41,900 nucleotides of DNA from a virus (lineage: Duplodnaviria; Caudoviricetes): IMG/VR virus record IMGVR_UViG_3300037461_000072, positions 1 through 41,900 of that record, one strand, 5' to 3'. Shown piece after piece: positions 25,133-34,527 of this stretch. Position 1 is the stretch's first letter, and each line of letters begins with the position of its first letter. The notes under the pieces were generated by a model. It had not been told where the DNA came from and ran no database searches. It saw only the letters and a list, made by a program, of their open reading frames with translations. A program made the position numbers and the translations under genes.

Positions 25133-27829
25133 TCAAATCCAATGACTCTGTTTAGTCCAAGTACTAGAAGTCTTATCCTCTTTAGTCCAAGTGCTAGAGG
25201 TCTTATCCTCTTTAGTCCAAGAAGCCGGAGATGGGCTTGGCGATAGAGAAGCACTGATAGAAGGTGACAACGAAGCTGATGCAGACTTTGAAATAGAAGC
25301 CGATAAAGAAGAAGACGGAGATTGCGAAGACGATATAGAAGCAGATAAAGAAGCGGAGATACTCCTACTAATAGAAGGTGACAACGAAGCCGAGGGAGAC
25401 TTAGATATCGAAGCCGATATAGATTTAGATACAGATGGGGACATGGAACTTGACGGTGAAACAGAAGACGATGGGGATTGCGAAGACGATGGGCTGGGTA
25501 TCTCGTCAAAAGGATAGTAAGCCACGAGTCCTGCTTCAGATCCGGTTAGCTCCCTGTCGTAATTATCAGCTATCTCCTGAGCGGTTCTGATATCGTTCCA
25601 TACACGGACTTCGTCTATTACACCATCAAAATAATCGGATATAACTCCTGCTGTTGTACCTCTAGCACCGACTAAAAAGGCTTTAGCATTATTTTTGATA
25701 GACGTAGCGTCACTAGCAACCGTAGTAGTAGATGCAGCCGAGCCGTTTATATAAAAAGTAGCAGAGGGAACGCTTATATCTACAGTCACCGCCAAGTGTA
25801 CCCACGCACCAACATCGTAGCTGTCTAAAAATGTATCGCAATCAAAAGTAGTAGTGTTTCCGCTACTGTCGTAAAAATTTAATCTAATTTCATCGTTTGC
25901 TTGTATGATAAACTCGTAAGACCTGTCCGGAACGTTGATCTCTGATTTTGCTACTATGGAGAACTGATCCCCAACAGTGCTTGGAAGTTGCTCCAATTTA
26001 ATCCACGCCTCTATCGTGAAATCCGTCTGAAGATCCAATCCGGTCTGATTAGCGTCTGTAATACTCAAATACTGTGAGCTAGAAAGCTCAAGATTCGCAG
26101 CTACAGTACTTCCAACGAAAGGAGCATCGGAAATGTAAGTCATGACCCCGTTATTGTTAGTTAGGTCGTTGTGGTTAGATGTTCTATCATAAATATCCGC
26201 TAATACTGATGGGGAAGGGCTGGGGGATACAGAAGATGACGGGGATTGTGAAGACGAAACCGAAGCTGACTCAGATTTAGACCCAGATTTTGAGACAGAT
26301 CCGGAAACACTAGCAGATTCGGATTTAGATTCCGAAGCCGAGGGAGACTGAGAAGATGAAATAGATGCGGAAGGTGATTTAGAAACAGAAGCCGATAATG
26401 ATTTTGATTCGGAGGCTGACAAAGAACCTGAAGGAGATTTAGAAGGTGATGCCGACTCAGATTGAGATTCCGATAATGATGGGGATTTAGAAATGGATGC
26501 AGAAAGCGAACCGGATACAGATTTAGAAATAGAAGCAGAAGGTGATTTTGATTCACTAGCCGATGCCGACTTCGACACACTAGCCGACAAGGACTTAGAC
26601 TTGGAAGATGACGGGGATTGTGAAGACGAAACCGAAGCTGACTCAGATTTAGATTTCGAGCTAGATGGAGATTGGGTACTAGACACACTAGCCGATCTAG
26701 TAGGAGATACAGAACTACTAGCTACAGCCGGTAAAGTTACAGTGAATACCTGAGTGAAACCATCCCCGTCTGCACCGTACCAAAAGTTTATATAATGCGC
26801 ATCATCTATCTTTGTGGCAAAGTTGGTCACACTAACAGCAGTTTCAAACTCAAACATAGCGGCTGAGGTACTGATCGCATAAGTCGAGGTATTAACCTCG
26901 AACACTTGGGCTTGAGAGTGATGATCTGTACCTTGCCAAAACACTACGAAGTGGTTGCTGTCTACAGTATTAGCTGACGGATTTAGACCTTGGGTATCAA
27001 ACTTAAAAGCGGCACTAGTGGTAGTTACCGCCCATGTGGTTGTATTAACTGCAAAAGTATGAGCATACCCCACGTTAGAACCATCGGCTTTCCAGTTTAT
27101 AAAGTGGTTAGCGTCTATCTGACAAGCATCTGGGTACTGTGAATTACTATAGTAAGAAAACTTAGCACCTGCGGTAGTTACAGCCCAAGTAGTAGTATTA
27201 ACCTCCAAAACCTGCGCAGAACCATAATTAGGATTAGCACCAGCAGAAGCCCAAAACACTATAAAGTGATTAGTGTCTATCTTAAAAGGTCTTGGGTGGT
27301 AGGAATCCGTAGTATCAAACTCTAACGCTGTTCCTTCTTTAGTTATTGCCCATGTAGAAGTGTTGACTGTAAAGATTTGAGTGTAACCGTCACTTCCACT
27401 CCCCCACCAAGTCGCCAAAAAATGATTATCGTCTACCTGTACCATATGGGGGGTAGTACCCTCATTACTATCTAATACGTTGTTAGCCTGAGTTGTAGTA
27501 ACAGCCCAAGTGGAAGTATTGACGGCAAACACCTGACCCATTAAGTCATTGGCGTTACCGTACCATAATAAAAAGACATGGTTAGCGTCAACCTTCAAAC
27601 AGTGTTTATAGTCACCATAAACAGTATCAAATTCTAACACCGAACCGGCTGTAGTAACCGCCCAAGTTGAAGTGTTTACTGTAAAGACCTGAGCAAACCC
27701 ATCAGAGTCTACGCCCTCCCAGAAGTTAATGACGTGGTTATCGTCTATCATACAAGACGTAGGTTTCCACCCAAACTGTGTATCGTATTCTAACCTAGCG
27801 TTAGCTGTTGAAACATCCCAATTAGCCAT
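25133..27829 (-). CDS. Virion fibre/adhesin: 7-repeat beta-propeller + Ser/Pro-rich tract + LamG/ConA-like domain + Ser/Pro-rich tract
   Basis: Seven (I/V)DxxH...VNTSTWAVTT repeats; LamG motifs DFTIEAWIK, WVHLAVT and FDGVIDEVRVWN; two SxSxS tracts. Confidence 0.85.
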   Translation of the reverse strand: MANWDVSTANARLEYDTQFGWKPTSCMIDDNHVINFWEGVDSDGFAQVFTVNTSTWAVTTAGSVLEFDTVYGDYKHCLKVDANHVFLLWYGNANDLMGQVFAVNTSTWAVTTTQANNVLDSNEGTTPHMVQVDDNHFLATWWGSGSDGYTQIFTVNTSTWAITKEGTALEFDTTDSYHPRPFKIDTNHFIVFWASAGANPNYGSAQVLEVNTTTWAVTTAGAKFSYYSNSQYPDACQIDANHFINWKADGSNVGYAHTFAVNTTTWAVTTTSAAFKFDTQGLNPSANTVDSNHFVVFWQGTDHHSQAQVFEVNTSTYAISTSAAMFEFETAVSVTNFATKIDDAHYINFWYGADGDGFTQVFTVTLPAVASSSVSPTRSASVSSTQSPSSSKSKSESASVSSSQSPSSSKSKSLSASVSKSASASESKSPSASISKSVSGSLSASISKSPSLSESQSESASPSKSPSGSLSASESKSLSASVSKSPSASISSSQSPSASESKSESASVSGSVSKSGSKSESASVSSSQSPSSSVSPSPSPSVLADIYDRTSNHNDLTNNNGVMTYISDAPFVGSTVAANLELSSSQYLSITDANQTGLDLQTDFTIEAWIKLEQLPSTVGDQFSIVAKSEINVPDRSYEFIIQANDEIRLNFYDSSGNTTTFDCDTFLDSYDVGAWVHLAVTVDISVPSATFYINGSAASTTTVASDATSIKNNAKAFLVGARGTTAGVISDYFDGVIDEVRVWNDIRTAQEIADNYDRELTGSEAGLVAYYPFDEIPSPSSSQSPSSSVSPSSSMSPSVSKSISASISKSPSASLSPSISRSISASLSASISSSQSPSSSLSASISKSASASLSPSISASLSPSPSPASWTKEDKTSSTWTKEDKTSSTWTKQSHWI

Positions 27830-28511
27830 TACCGTTTCCCCATTTAATCATATTAAAATTAGTTATATGCATCGGTCTTATCCTATCATCTAACCATATC
27901 TCAAATCCCTCTTTAGTTGCTCTTTCACTAAACTCACAATCCTCGGACATTGTTCTACGATCATAGGATTTGCCATCTACAATAACGTTCTTATCAAACT
28001 TAATATCTCCAAATGCGAACACTTCCCCATCATATTTTTTCAGCAAGGTTTCTAAGACGTTTCTCTTAACGAGAAGGCAACCTGTACCAGTAGCATCAAC
28101 TCTATGCAAATTACCGCCATCTCTAAATGTATCTATATTGAAGTAAAGTTTTAACGGACTACCATTAGCTTCTATCTCTCGTGAGTAGAAAGCACACATC
28201 TTGTAATTACCATTCCCATCGGGGTTTCTTCCAAGTATCGGAGCTGTAACTATATCCTTATCATCTTCTACCATCTTCTCAAGTGTGTCGGGTGGTATCG
28301 GGTTATCGTCATCAACCATAAAGAGATAATCAAAGTTTTTAGATACTGCTTCGATTGCTAAAGCGTTTCTAGCCTTATCTATACGCTGTCTTTCTACAGT
28401 CATGAAGGCACAAGGGCAAGGCTTATGCAGTTGCAATAAACTTTGCACCATTACAGCCGGTATATAACCACTATATGTCGGCATACCAATAAGTATAGAC
28501 TGTGGATTCAT
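27822..28511 (-). CDS. Glycosyltransferase (GT-A/GT2-like)
   Basis: IDKARN, YLFMVDDD, ATGTGCLLV and SEDCEF motifs. Confidence 0.85.
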   Translation of the reverse strand: MNPQSILIGMPTYSGYIPAVMVQSLLQLHKPCPCAFMTVERQRIDKARNALAIEAVSKNFDYLFMVDDDNPIPPDTLEKMVEDDKDIVTAPILGRNPDGNGNYKMCAFYSREIEANGSPLKLYFNIDTFRDGGNLHRVDATGTGCLLVKRNVLETLLKKYDGEVFAFGDIKFDKNVIVDGKSYDRRTMSEDCEFSERATKEGFEIWLDDRIRPMHITNFNMIKWGNGNG

Positions 28512-28512
28512 G

Positions 28513-28761
28513 CTACAAATCCGTGTTCAAATTATTTTGTATAGTACTATTTACAGATTCGGCTTTATTTACTTTCGCTAGATAAAGTAGAATCTTATCT
28601 CTTACTTCAACTAAAGTACCGTTAGTGAGTTCTTCTATGTAGATTCTATAAGGTTTGGTAAATTCTTTTCCCGTGTCATAAAACCTTAAAACTAGATCTA
28701 TATAGTCGGTGTCTTTAGCAAAGTTTAAGGTAGAACTTTGTACTTGTACTTTCCACGCCAT
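28513..28761 (-). CDS. Hypothetical protein
   Basis: GAAAGGA SD; lies within the GT cluster. Confidence 0.6.
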   Translation of the reverse strand: MAWKVQVQSSTLNFAKDTDYIDLVLRFYDTGKEFTKPYRIYIEELTNGTLVEVRDKILLYLAKVNKAESVNSTIQNNLNTDL

Positions 28762-28794
28762 AATAATCCTTTCAATAAATTAACTTAATACTAA

Positions 28795-29736
28795 TTATAC
28801 CCCATCAGACCATTCTGGTACTGGGGAAAACTTATCTATCAACCATTGAAAATCATGTTTCGCACCCTTCCATTTGTTATTTACAAACAAATCTATGGAT
28901 AATTCCCTATTAGCCTCTATCTTCTTAGGAGACTGCGTATAAGGAAACCCAAAATCCCCACCTTGAGTCCTGAATAGGTGTGCGTACCAAGTATTCTTAT
29001 TTACTACCACTCTTCCACCGGATAACCATGTCTTACAAGCCACCTCTACCCCCTGTTGTCCCCATGAATGAAAGTCCTCACTACAAATATCAAGTTCCCA
29101 GTACTTTTTCCTAGTCAACATGAAGCACGAACCCTGAATAGACAGCGTATCAACCAAATCCCCCTCTTGTCTCCTTTTGTAACCTCCCCAGTACTGAAAT
29201 TTCATGTTCTTATCGAACCTAAAAGCCGAATTAGTAGGTCTCTTCTTGGGTATCCACACTATCTCTCTCTCAAACTCAGTAGAATCACATGACTCGTTCT
29301 TAACTTTTCCCTTCCCGTCACTGCAACAATGTTGAGGAGTGGGACTTTGATACCATTTATTGCCACATTTCTTACAAATCCAGTTGAAAGCATGGAGGTT
29401 TCTCATTACGGGAATCATAGTCCAATCATCTTGCATATCCCTCATCATTTTCACATCAAAACCTTTATCAAAAGCGCAATGTGCATCAACTTTCATCACA
29501 TATTTAGCTTTAGATAGCCTACAAGCCTCGTTAGTAGCCGCCCTTTGACCTATACTCTTCGGATGATAGATGACCGTTACTCTTTCGTGCTGTTCTACCG
29601 GAGGATCTACCCATTCCCCATCTAATACTACGATGATTTCAGTATTCCCTCTAATATGCGTTAGGATATCTTTAACAGTTCTAGATAGAAACTCCTCATT
29701 CCTAGCCGGAATCAGTATCGATAGATCATAACCCAT
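28795..29736 (-). CDS. Glycosyltransferase (GT-A, ppGalNAc-T-like motifs) with Cys-rich insert
   Basis: SILIPARNE..LSRTV, KVDAHC and WGQQGVEVACKTWLSGG...AHLFR. Confidence 0.88.
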   Translation of the reverse strand: MGYDLSILIPARNEEFLSRTVKDILTHIRGNTEIIVVLDGEWVDPPVEQHERVTVIYHPKSIGQRAATNEACRLSKAKYVMKVDAHCAFDKGFDVKMMRDMQDDWTMIPVMRNLHAFNWICKKCGNKWYQSPTPQHCCSDGKGKVKNESCDSTEFEREIVWIPKKRPTNSAFRFDKNMKFQYWGGYKRRQEGDLVDTLSIQGSCFMLTRKKYWELDICSEDFHSWGQQGVEVACKTWLSGGRVVVNKNTWYAHLFRTQGGDFGFPYTQSPKKIEANRELSIDLFVNNKWKGAKHDFQWLIDKFSPVPEWSDGV

Positions 29737-31828
29737 CTATAAACTCCTTGAAGTTTCCTTCCAGTTGTCCCCAATATGGTACAGATCCGGACTCAGTCCA
29801 CCCAACCCTTCCCCTTTCACTTCTGAATTGTTTTTTATCCATTCTCTTTTTAGTCCAAGCGTCTTTTCTTCTGATATCCAGTGAGGGAAAATCGGCAAAA
29901 TATGTCAATCTCTTACCTTTTCTTTTATTCCTCGGCAATCCTTTTGGTGGGGAATAGCCGTATCTGCTTCTCCAGCCTTCCTTTTCTACCATCGCCACGC
30001 ATCTAGAGTAGTGGTCTATCAAAGTACTCTTTAATCCGCACATCATCGAGGGTACATCGGTATAATAAAACACCGCTTTCCCCGTCTCGTCACATACTGA
30101 CCACCTGTTGTAGTCGTAATAAAATATCCCCTCTTCTGTTGGCATAAACTTAAAATGGGATGGATGATACACAATATCGTGTTCGCATAAGTAAACCACA
30201 TCGGCATCTACCTCTTCCAATCCTTTTAGCACCTGTTTATATAGTGACAGAACGGATCTTTCCAAATCCAGCACTATGTTTCTTCCGAAGTTCTCCACGG
30301 GCTTTTGAGATACGCATACAATGTCTTCTATACCATTCTCCTTAGCACATTTTACTATCTGCTGTCTGCACTTCTCCAGTAGTACCGGATCTCCGTGATT
30401 ATCGGTGTACTGCACAATACCTACCTTATGCTTTCCCATGTTAAAGCTAGGTACATTCTCATTCACCCAAAACCAAGAAGAGTACTGATCCCCGTCTACA
30501 TAGTTAGGTATATTCTTATAAAAGTCCGTAACAAAGAATGGGATCTTGTGTATTCTCGCATAATCATCAACTGCAGCAGTGACTTTAGCTATCTGAGACT
30601 GTCTCCTGTTCTCTGTGAAATAATCGTGTCCTGAGATAATACCCCCAACCTTAACTTTTCTTAGCCAAAATATAATGTCCAACATCACAAAATCGTAGCT
30701 ATGATCCCCGTCTATATACACAAAGTCTAACGATCTGTCCGGTATGTCTTTATAGGCGTTTTCGCTATAATCAAACACATATTGCACTACTCTATTGTCT
30801 TTTAGCCTCTCAACCGTCTGTCTTTTGTACTTCTCGTGGTATTTATCCCAACTCCTGTATCCGAATGGATGATCTTTATACGGGTCTACTAAGAACAGTT
30901 GAAGATCGGGAATGGTATCGAACATCATTTTAGCGTTTCTACCTCTCTGAACCCCGACCTCACACCCCACTTTATACCCAAGTTCAGCGAACAACTTATA
31001 CATCCCTATTCTACCTACTCCGTCTAGCAAGGTAGGATTCTTACTACCGTCTTTCCCAAACTTATTCAATATAAACTCTGTTTTACTCACGCTGGGTTTG
31101 TCCTCCAACATCTTAACTAAGTACTTTCTAGATTTGTCTACCTCTCTTTTATCTAGGACAAATCCCCTATCATCCTTATGCCAGTGTGCATACCAAGTGT
31201 TCTTGTCCCTGATAATCTTCCCACCATCCCCTTTAACCTTGAAGTAAATCTCCTGAGCTTCGTGTCCTGACCCACCAAAGTTCTCATCGTCTTCTAAATT
31301 CAACTTTTCAAAATAAGATTTTCTAATAAAGAAACATGACCCCTGAAATGCGCTAATTTCCACTATCTTTTCGGAATCGAGACTAACATCATTGTTCAGC
31401 TTTTCGTCAATTCTACCCCTGTTTTCAGAGTCTAAGACCATGTAGTTTACATCTCTTCTACCATCGGAGATTATTTCCCACTTATCCGGATCTAATCTTT
31501 TTCTAGTTGGGACTATCACCCAATTATCTTTCATATCCGCTAGGAGTTTGTAATCAAAACCGTCATCAAACATACAATGAGCGTCACACTTGAGTATGTA
31601 ATCTCCTCTCGCTATCGTTACACCGGATCGTATTCCGTTTCTCATGCCCATTGCAGTACCTCTATGCAAGTAATGTACCCTGTCATCCTCTACTATATCC
31701 TCCGGCTCTTCCCAGTATCCGTCTAGAACAGCAATGACCTCAATTTCGGTCTTAGCCTTACTTAATATATCTTTGATTGTTTTGGATAAAAAAGGTTCGC
31801 TTCGTGAAGGTATAACTACACTAATCAT
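29726..31828 (-). CDS. Three-domain protein: GT-A + class I SAM methyltransferase + second GT-like domain
   Basis: KCDAHC; CEVGVQRG and LDFVYIDGDHSY...GGIISGHDY; VYLCEHDIVY. Confidence 0.88.
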   Translation of the reverse strand: MISVVIPSRSEPFLSKTIKDILSKAKTEIEVIAVLDGYWEEPEDIVEDDRVHYLHRGTAMGMRNGIRSGVTIARGDYILKCDAHCMFDDGFDYKLLADMKDNWVIVPTRKRLDPDKWEIISDGRRDVNYMVLDSENRGRIDEKLNNDVSLDSEKIVEISAFQGSCFFIRKSYFEKLNLEDDENFGGSGHEAQEIYFKVKGDGGKIIRDKNTWYAHWHKDDRGFVLDKREVDKSRKYLVKMLEDKPSVSKTEFILNKFGKDGSKNPTLLDGVGRIGMYKLFAELGYKVGCEVGVQRGRNAKMMFDTIPDLQLFLVDPYKDHPFGYRSWDKYHEKYKRQTVERLKDNRVVQYVFDYSENAYKDIPDRSLDFVYIDGDHSYDFVMLDIIFWLRKVKVGGIISGHDYFTENRRQSQIAKVTAAVDDYARIHKIPFFVTDFYKNIPNYVDGDQYSSWFWVNENVPSFNMGKHKVGIVQYTDNHGDPVLLEKCRQQIVKCAKENGIEDIVCVSQKPVENFGRNIVLDLERSVLSLYKQVLKGLEEVDADVVYLCEHDIVYHPSHFKFMPTEEGIFYYDYNRWSVCDETGKAVFYYTDVPSMMCGLKSTLIDHYSRCVAMVEKEGWRSRYGYSPPKGLPRNKRKGKRLTYFADFPSLDIRRKDAWTKKRMDKKQFRSERGRVGWTESGSVPYWGQLEGNFKEFIDGL

Positions 31829-31835
31829 GAATTAA

Positions 31836-31844
31836 ATTATATCA
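31836..31844 (-). promoter_or_regulatory. Extended -10 promoter of the glycosylation cluster, leaderless
   Basis: TGaTATAAT-7nt-ATG(31828). Confidence 0.7.
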
Positions 31845-31857
31845 CTAAATGTTTTGC

Positions 31858-32568
31858 CTAATAGTCACTGCCATCATCATCTGGAACGTTGCCCATCGTG
31901 CTTCTGTCTAAATCTTGAGGTTTCAGAGAATATACAGACTTTTCTAGATCTGTTTTATAAGACTTTTCTCTCTCCGTTAATGGGATGGGTTTTTCTCTGC
32001 TCTCCTTATAGTCTATGATAACTCCCCTTGCCCAGATCTCATGCAGTTCTCTCGGAACGCCATTCGATGTAGAACTGGGATCGTTACTCATGTCCGTTGT
32101 GGAGGCTAGGTTGGTGATTGCTGTAGGATAAGTATTGAACCACGCTTTCAACCCAGCAGCTACAGTAGTAATAGTTCCAGAGAAAATGTATATGGACTTT
32201 CTAAGTAGATGGTAGAAACAGTTACCCTCATCATTGGAAAAGTAATAAGTGATGTGAGTCTCATCTGTTGGCTGTGGCAAACTCGTTAGATCAATGTTAC
32301 TCAGCTTTAACCAGTTAGTCCCATCCAGTTTTGCTTCCACTCTCTTTAGGTTAGATACCATGTCGTTGGGGAAAGAGTACTCTCTTTGATTCGCTACAAG
32401 ACCCGTGGTTTGGGGAATTAGAAGAATGTCCTCATCCGCATCTATAATGGCATTGGATATCTCGTACTGCCTAACCTTCATTAGAGCAAGTATATCAGCA
32501 TCGGGAAATGTCGTGCTATTAGTACGAGTCTTATATCGTACATAGGTTGCAAACTCCGCTGGTGTTAT
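31858..32568 (-). CDS. Head-tail adaptor protein (start uncertain: ATA 32568 or TTG 32598)
   Basis: VANQREYSFP and VPRELHEI adaptor-like motifs; position after the head genes. Confidence 0.65.
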   Translation of the reverse strand: MTPAEFATYVRYKTRTNSTTFPDADILALMKVRQYEISNAIIDADEDILLIPQTTGLVANQREYSFPNDMVSNLKRVEAKLDGTNWLKLSNIDLTSLPQPTDETHITYYFSNDEGNCFYHLLRKSIYIFSGTITTVAAGLKAWFNTYPTAITNLASTTDMSNDPSSTSNGVPRELHEIWARGVIIDYKESREKPIPLTEREKSYKTDLEKSVYSLKPQDLDRSTMGNVPDDDGSDY

Positions 32569-32607
32569 TTTTGTTTCCTCCCAACTGCCATATGTCAATT
32601 ATACTAT

Positions 32608-33150
32608 TTACTGAGCCGCTATTACACTACTTTCAGATAACGGGTAGTAAGAAACATAAAATCTCATAGCTCCAGAAGTAGGAGTATCGCTTGTCGTATA
32701 AACGTACTCAATCTCAGTTTTAACTCCTCCGGTTTTTTGCACAACCATGAATGGAGAAAACATATTTGTTTGCAGAGTGGTAGGTTCTAATAAAGATGCT
32801 GCATCTGCGCTCTTGTATGTCACTGCCGCTGCTGCCAACCCATCCTTGAGAATCAATGCACCTTTTTTAATAGCGTTTAGGGTTGTTCCGGCTGCAGCAG
32901 TTATTACCTGATCCGTTGCAGTCTGATCGTTTACTCTAAAGTGTGCTGCCGTGTGATTAGCACCAAATGTAGTGGTTACAACACCCCATAATCTAGTTAC
33001 CATTACCGCACCTGTTACAGTGAATAAATTTACGACAACAGTCGCACCGCTACCAACAAAAGTATGATCTTTGAAGACTCTGAATGGAGAATCTCCATAT
33101 ATAGGTCTACCGTTACCATCGAGATCAATTAAATGATCAAATGTTGCCAT
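32608..33150 (-). CDS. Putative virion (decoration) protein
   Basis: Beta-rich, Ala/Thr-rich; head module. Confidence 0.6.
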   Translation of the reverse strand: MATFDHLIDLDGNGRPIYGDSPFRVFKDHTFVGSGATVVVNLFTVTGAVMVTRLWGVVTTTFGANHTAAHFRVNDQTATDQVITAAAGTTLNAIKKGALILKDGLAAAAVTYKSADAASLLEPTTLQTNMFSPFMVVQKTGGVKTEIEYVYTTSDTPTSGAMRFYVSYYPLSESSVIAAQ

Positions 33151-33175
33151 TTTTGACCCTTTCTTAACTTAAATA

Positions 33176-33391
33176 CTATTCCTCTATATCCAACTTTTTA
33201 AGTATCTTCTTTATCTTGTTCTTAATCCACTCCAATTCGTTTGCACCATCCACTTTTCCTGTTACATGAAATCCAGTACCAGAACATCCGGTACACGGGG
33301 ATTCTGTAATAGTTTGGTATGAAGAAGTTGGATAAGCAATGCCAGTCCCCCCACATCTACCGCACATAACGTATGTTTTTAACTCTTCCAT
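33176..33391 (-). CDS. DnaJ-type zinc finger protein
   Basis: CGRCGGTG...CTGCSGTG. Confidence 0.75.
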   Translation of the reverse strand: MEELKTYVMCGRCGGTGIAYPTSSYQTITESPCTGCSGTGFHVTGKVDGANELEWIKNKIKKILKKLDIEE

Positions 33392-33403
33392 ATTTTCCCC
33401 TAC

Positions 33404-33435
33404 CTAACAGGGAGTGGTTTTGCACTCCCCGTTAG
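33404..33435. other. Intergenic hairpin
   Basis: CTAAC.GGGAGTG/CACTCCC.GTTAG; no U tract. Confidence 0.6.
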
Positions 33436-33447
33436 TAATAAATATCT

Positions 33448-34464
33448 TTATCCAGTTACCGCAACACCAGAAGTGTTTTGAGTTGGAACAGCTCCGTCTA
33501 CATAAATAGCAACTGAAGCCTGTTTCATAACCGTGTGATCAACAGAGGTACAGTTCTTCAAAAGAACAGAACCGGCTGTCTGAGCCGCACCAAAACCTAT
33601 CGCATGTGCTGGAGTAGCTGCACCCAAGATGTTGGATAAGAACACTGTATCTTTTATTAACAACATTCTTTCAACATCGTTTGCATTAGCACCGTAGATA
33701 TCAACCTTAGCCGTGTTACCTGCTTTTGACAGGAATAAACAGCTATCTATGATGTTATCTCTGCAAACCTTACCCGTAATTGTTTCTCTGGTTAAGAGCA
33801 TCTCTGGTCTTTTTACAGCACCAACCGACTCATTAACCGTAGAACCAAATGTGCATCTAATCCACTGACAAGTATCACCGTTGTTTAATACTTCTGCTGC
33901 TTCTGCGTTCAAGAGTGAAGACTTGTAGAACTCGCAGTTTTCGTAGATGGTATATTCTCCACCCTCTGCAACAGCATAAAGACTTTCGGCTTTAGTGTTG
34001 GATGAATCAAACTTTAAGTTTCTGAAAGTATTACCAACTCCAGTATTTCTCATAACTGCAATATCTGAAGCTGAAGTCGTAACTCCCATCGTTATTCTTG
34101 CTCTTGCGCCAATACCCATTGCTCCTGCTCTTAGACCCATACCTACAAAGTGTAGTCTGTTCTTTGTAATACTCAGAATAGAAGTTTGAGCGTGAGCCGC
34201 ATTAGCTGAAATCATAATAACATCGTGTCTATTAGAAGTAGCTGCCGATACCGCTGCCGAAATGGTGTTGTAGATATTAACAGTTCCATCGCTGTACTTT
34301 CTGAAGTTTTCGCTATAGAACCTCTCATATCCACCATCCGATGCCGGAATAACGTAGTAAACATTGCCGGTTGTTACCGGAACATCGTTTACCCCAGTGG
34401 AAAGATTATTCAATGCTCTTTCTAACTCCAAGTTTCCACTTGAAGCATCGCTATATTTACTCAT
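33448..34464 (-). CDS. Right-handed beta-helix (pectin-lyase-like) virion protein
   Basis: YNTISAAV...DVIMI cap motif; repeating xxENCEF/RCTF/DSCLF rungs. Confidence 0.7.
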   Translation of the reverse strand: MSKYSDASSGNLELERALNNLSTGVNDVPVTTGNVYYVIPASDGGYERFYSENFRKYSDGTVNIYNTISAAVSAATSNRHDVIMISANAAHAQTSILSITKNRLHFVGMGLRAGAMGIGARARITMGVTTSASDIAVMRNTGVGNTFRNLKFDSSNTKAESLYAVAEGGEYTIYENCEFYKSSLLNAEAAEVLNNGDTCQWIRCTFGSTVNESVGAVKRPEMLLTRETITGKVCRDNIIDSCLFLSKAGNTAKVDIYGANANDVERMLLIKDTVFLSNILGAATPAHAIGFGAAQTAGSVLLKNCTSVDHTVMKQASVAIYVDGAVPTQNTSGVAVTG

Positions 34465-34481
34465 TTTTTTCTTTCTGTCTT

Positions 34482-34505
34482 TCCCCGACTACCTCTAGTC
34501 GGGGA
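34482..34505. other. Strong intergenic hairpin
   Basis: TCCCCGACTA-CCTC-TAGTCGGGGA; no sense-strand U tract, so possibly an mRNA stabiliser. Confidence 0.65.
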
Positions 34506-34527
34506 GCAACAACAAATTAACTAATTA

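Noticed and set aside
25099-26753. Alternative-frame ORFs 25099-25509, 25191-25517, 26200-26688 and 26493-26753
   Set aside because: Stop-free by-products of the Ser-rich repeats within the 898-aa gene.
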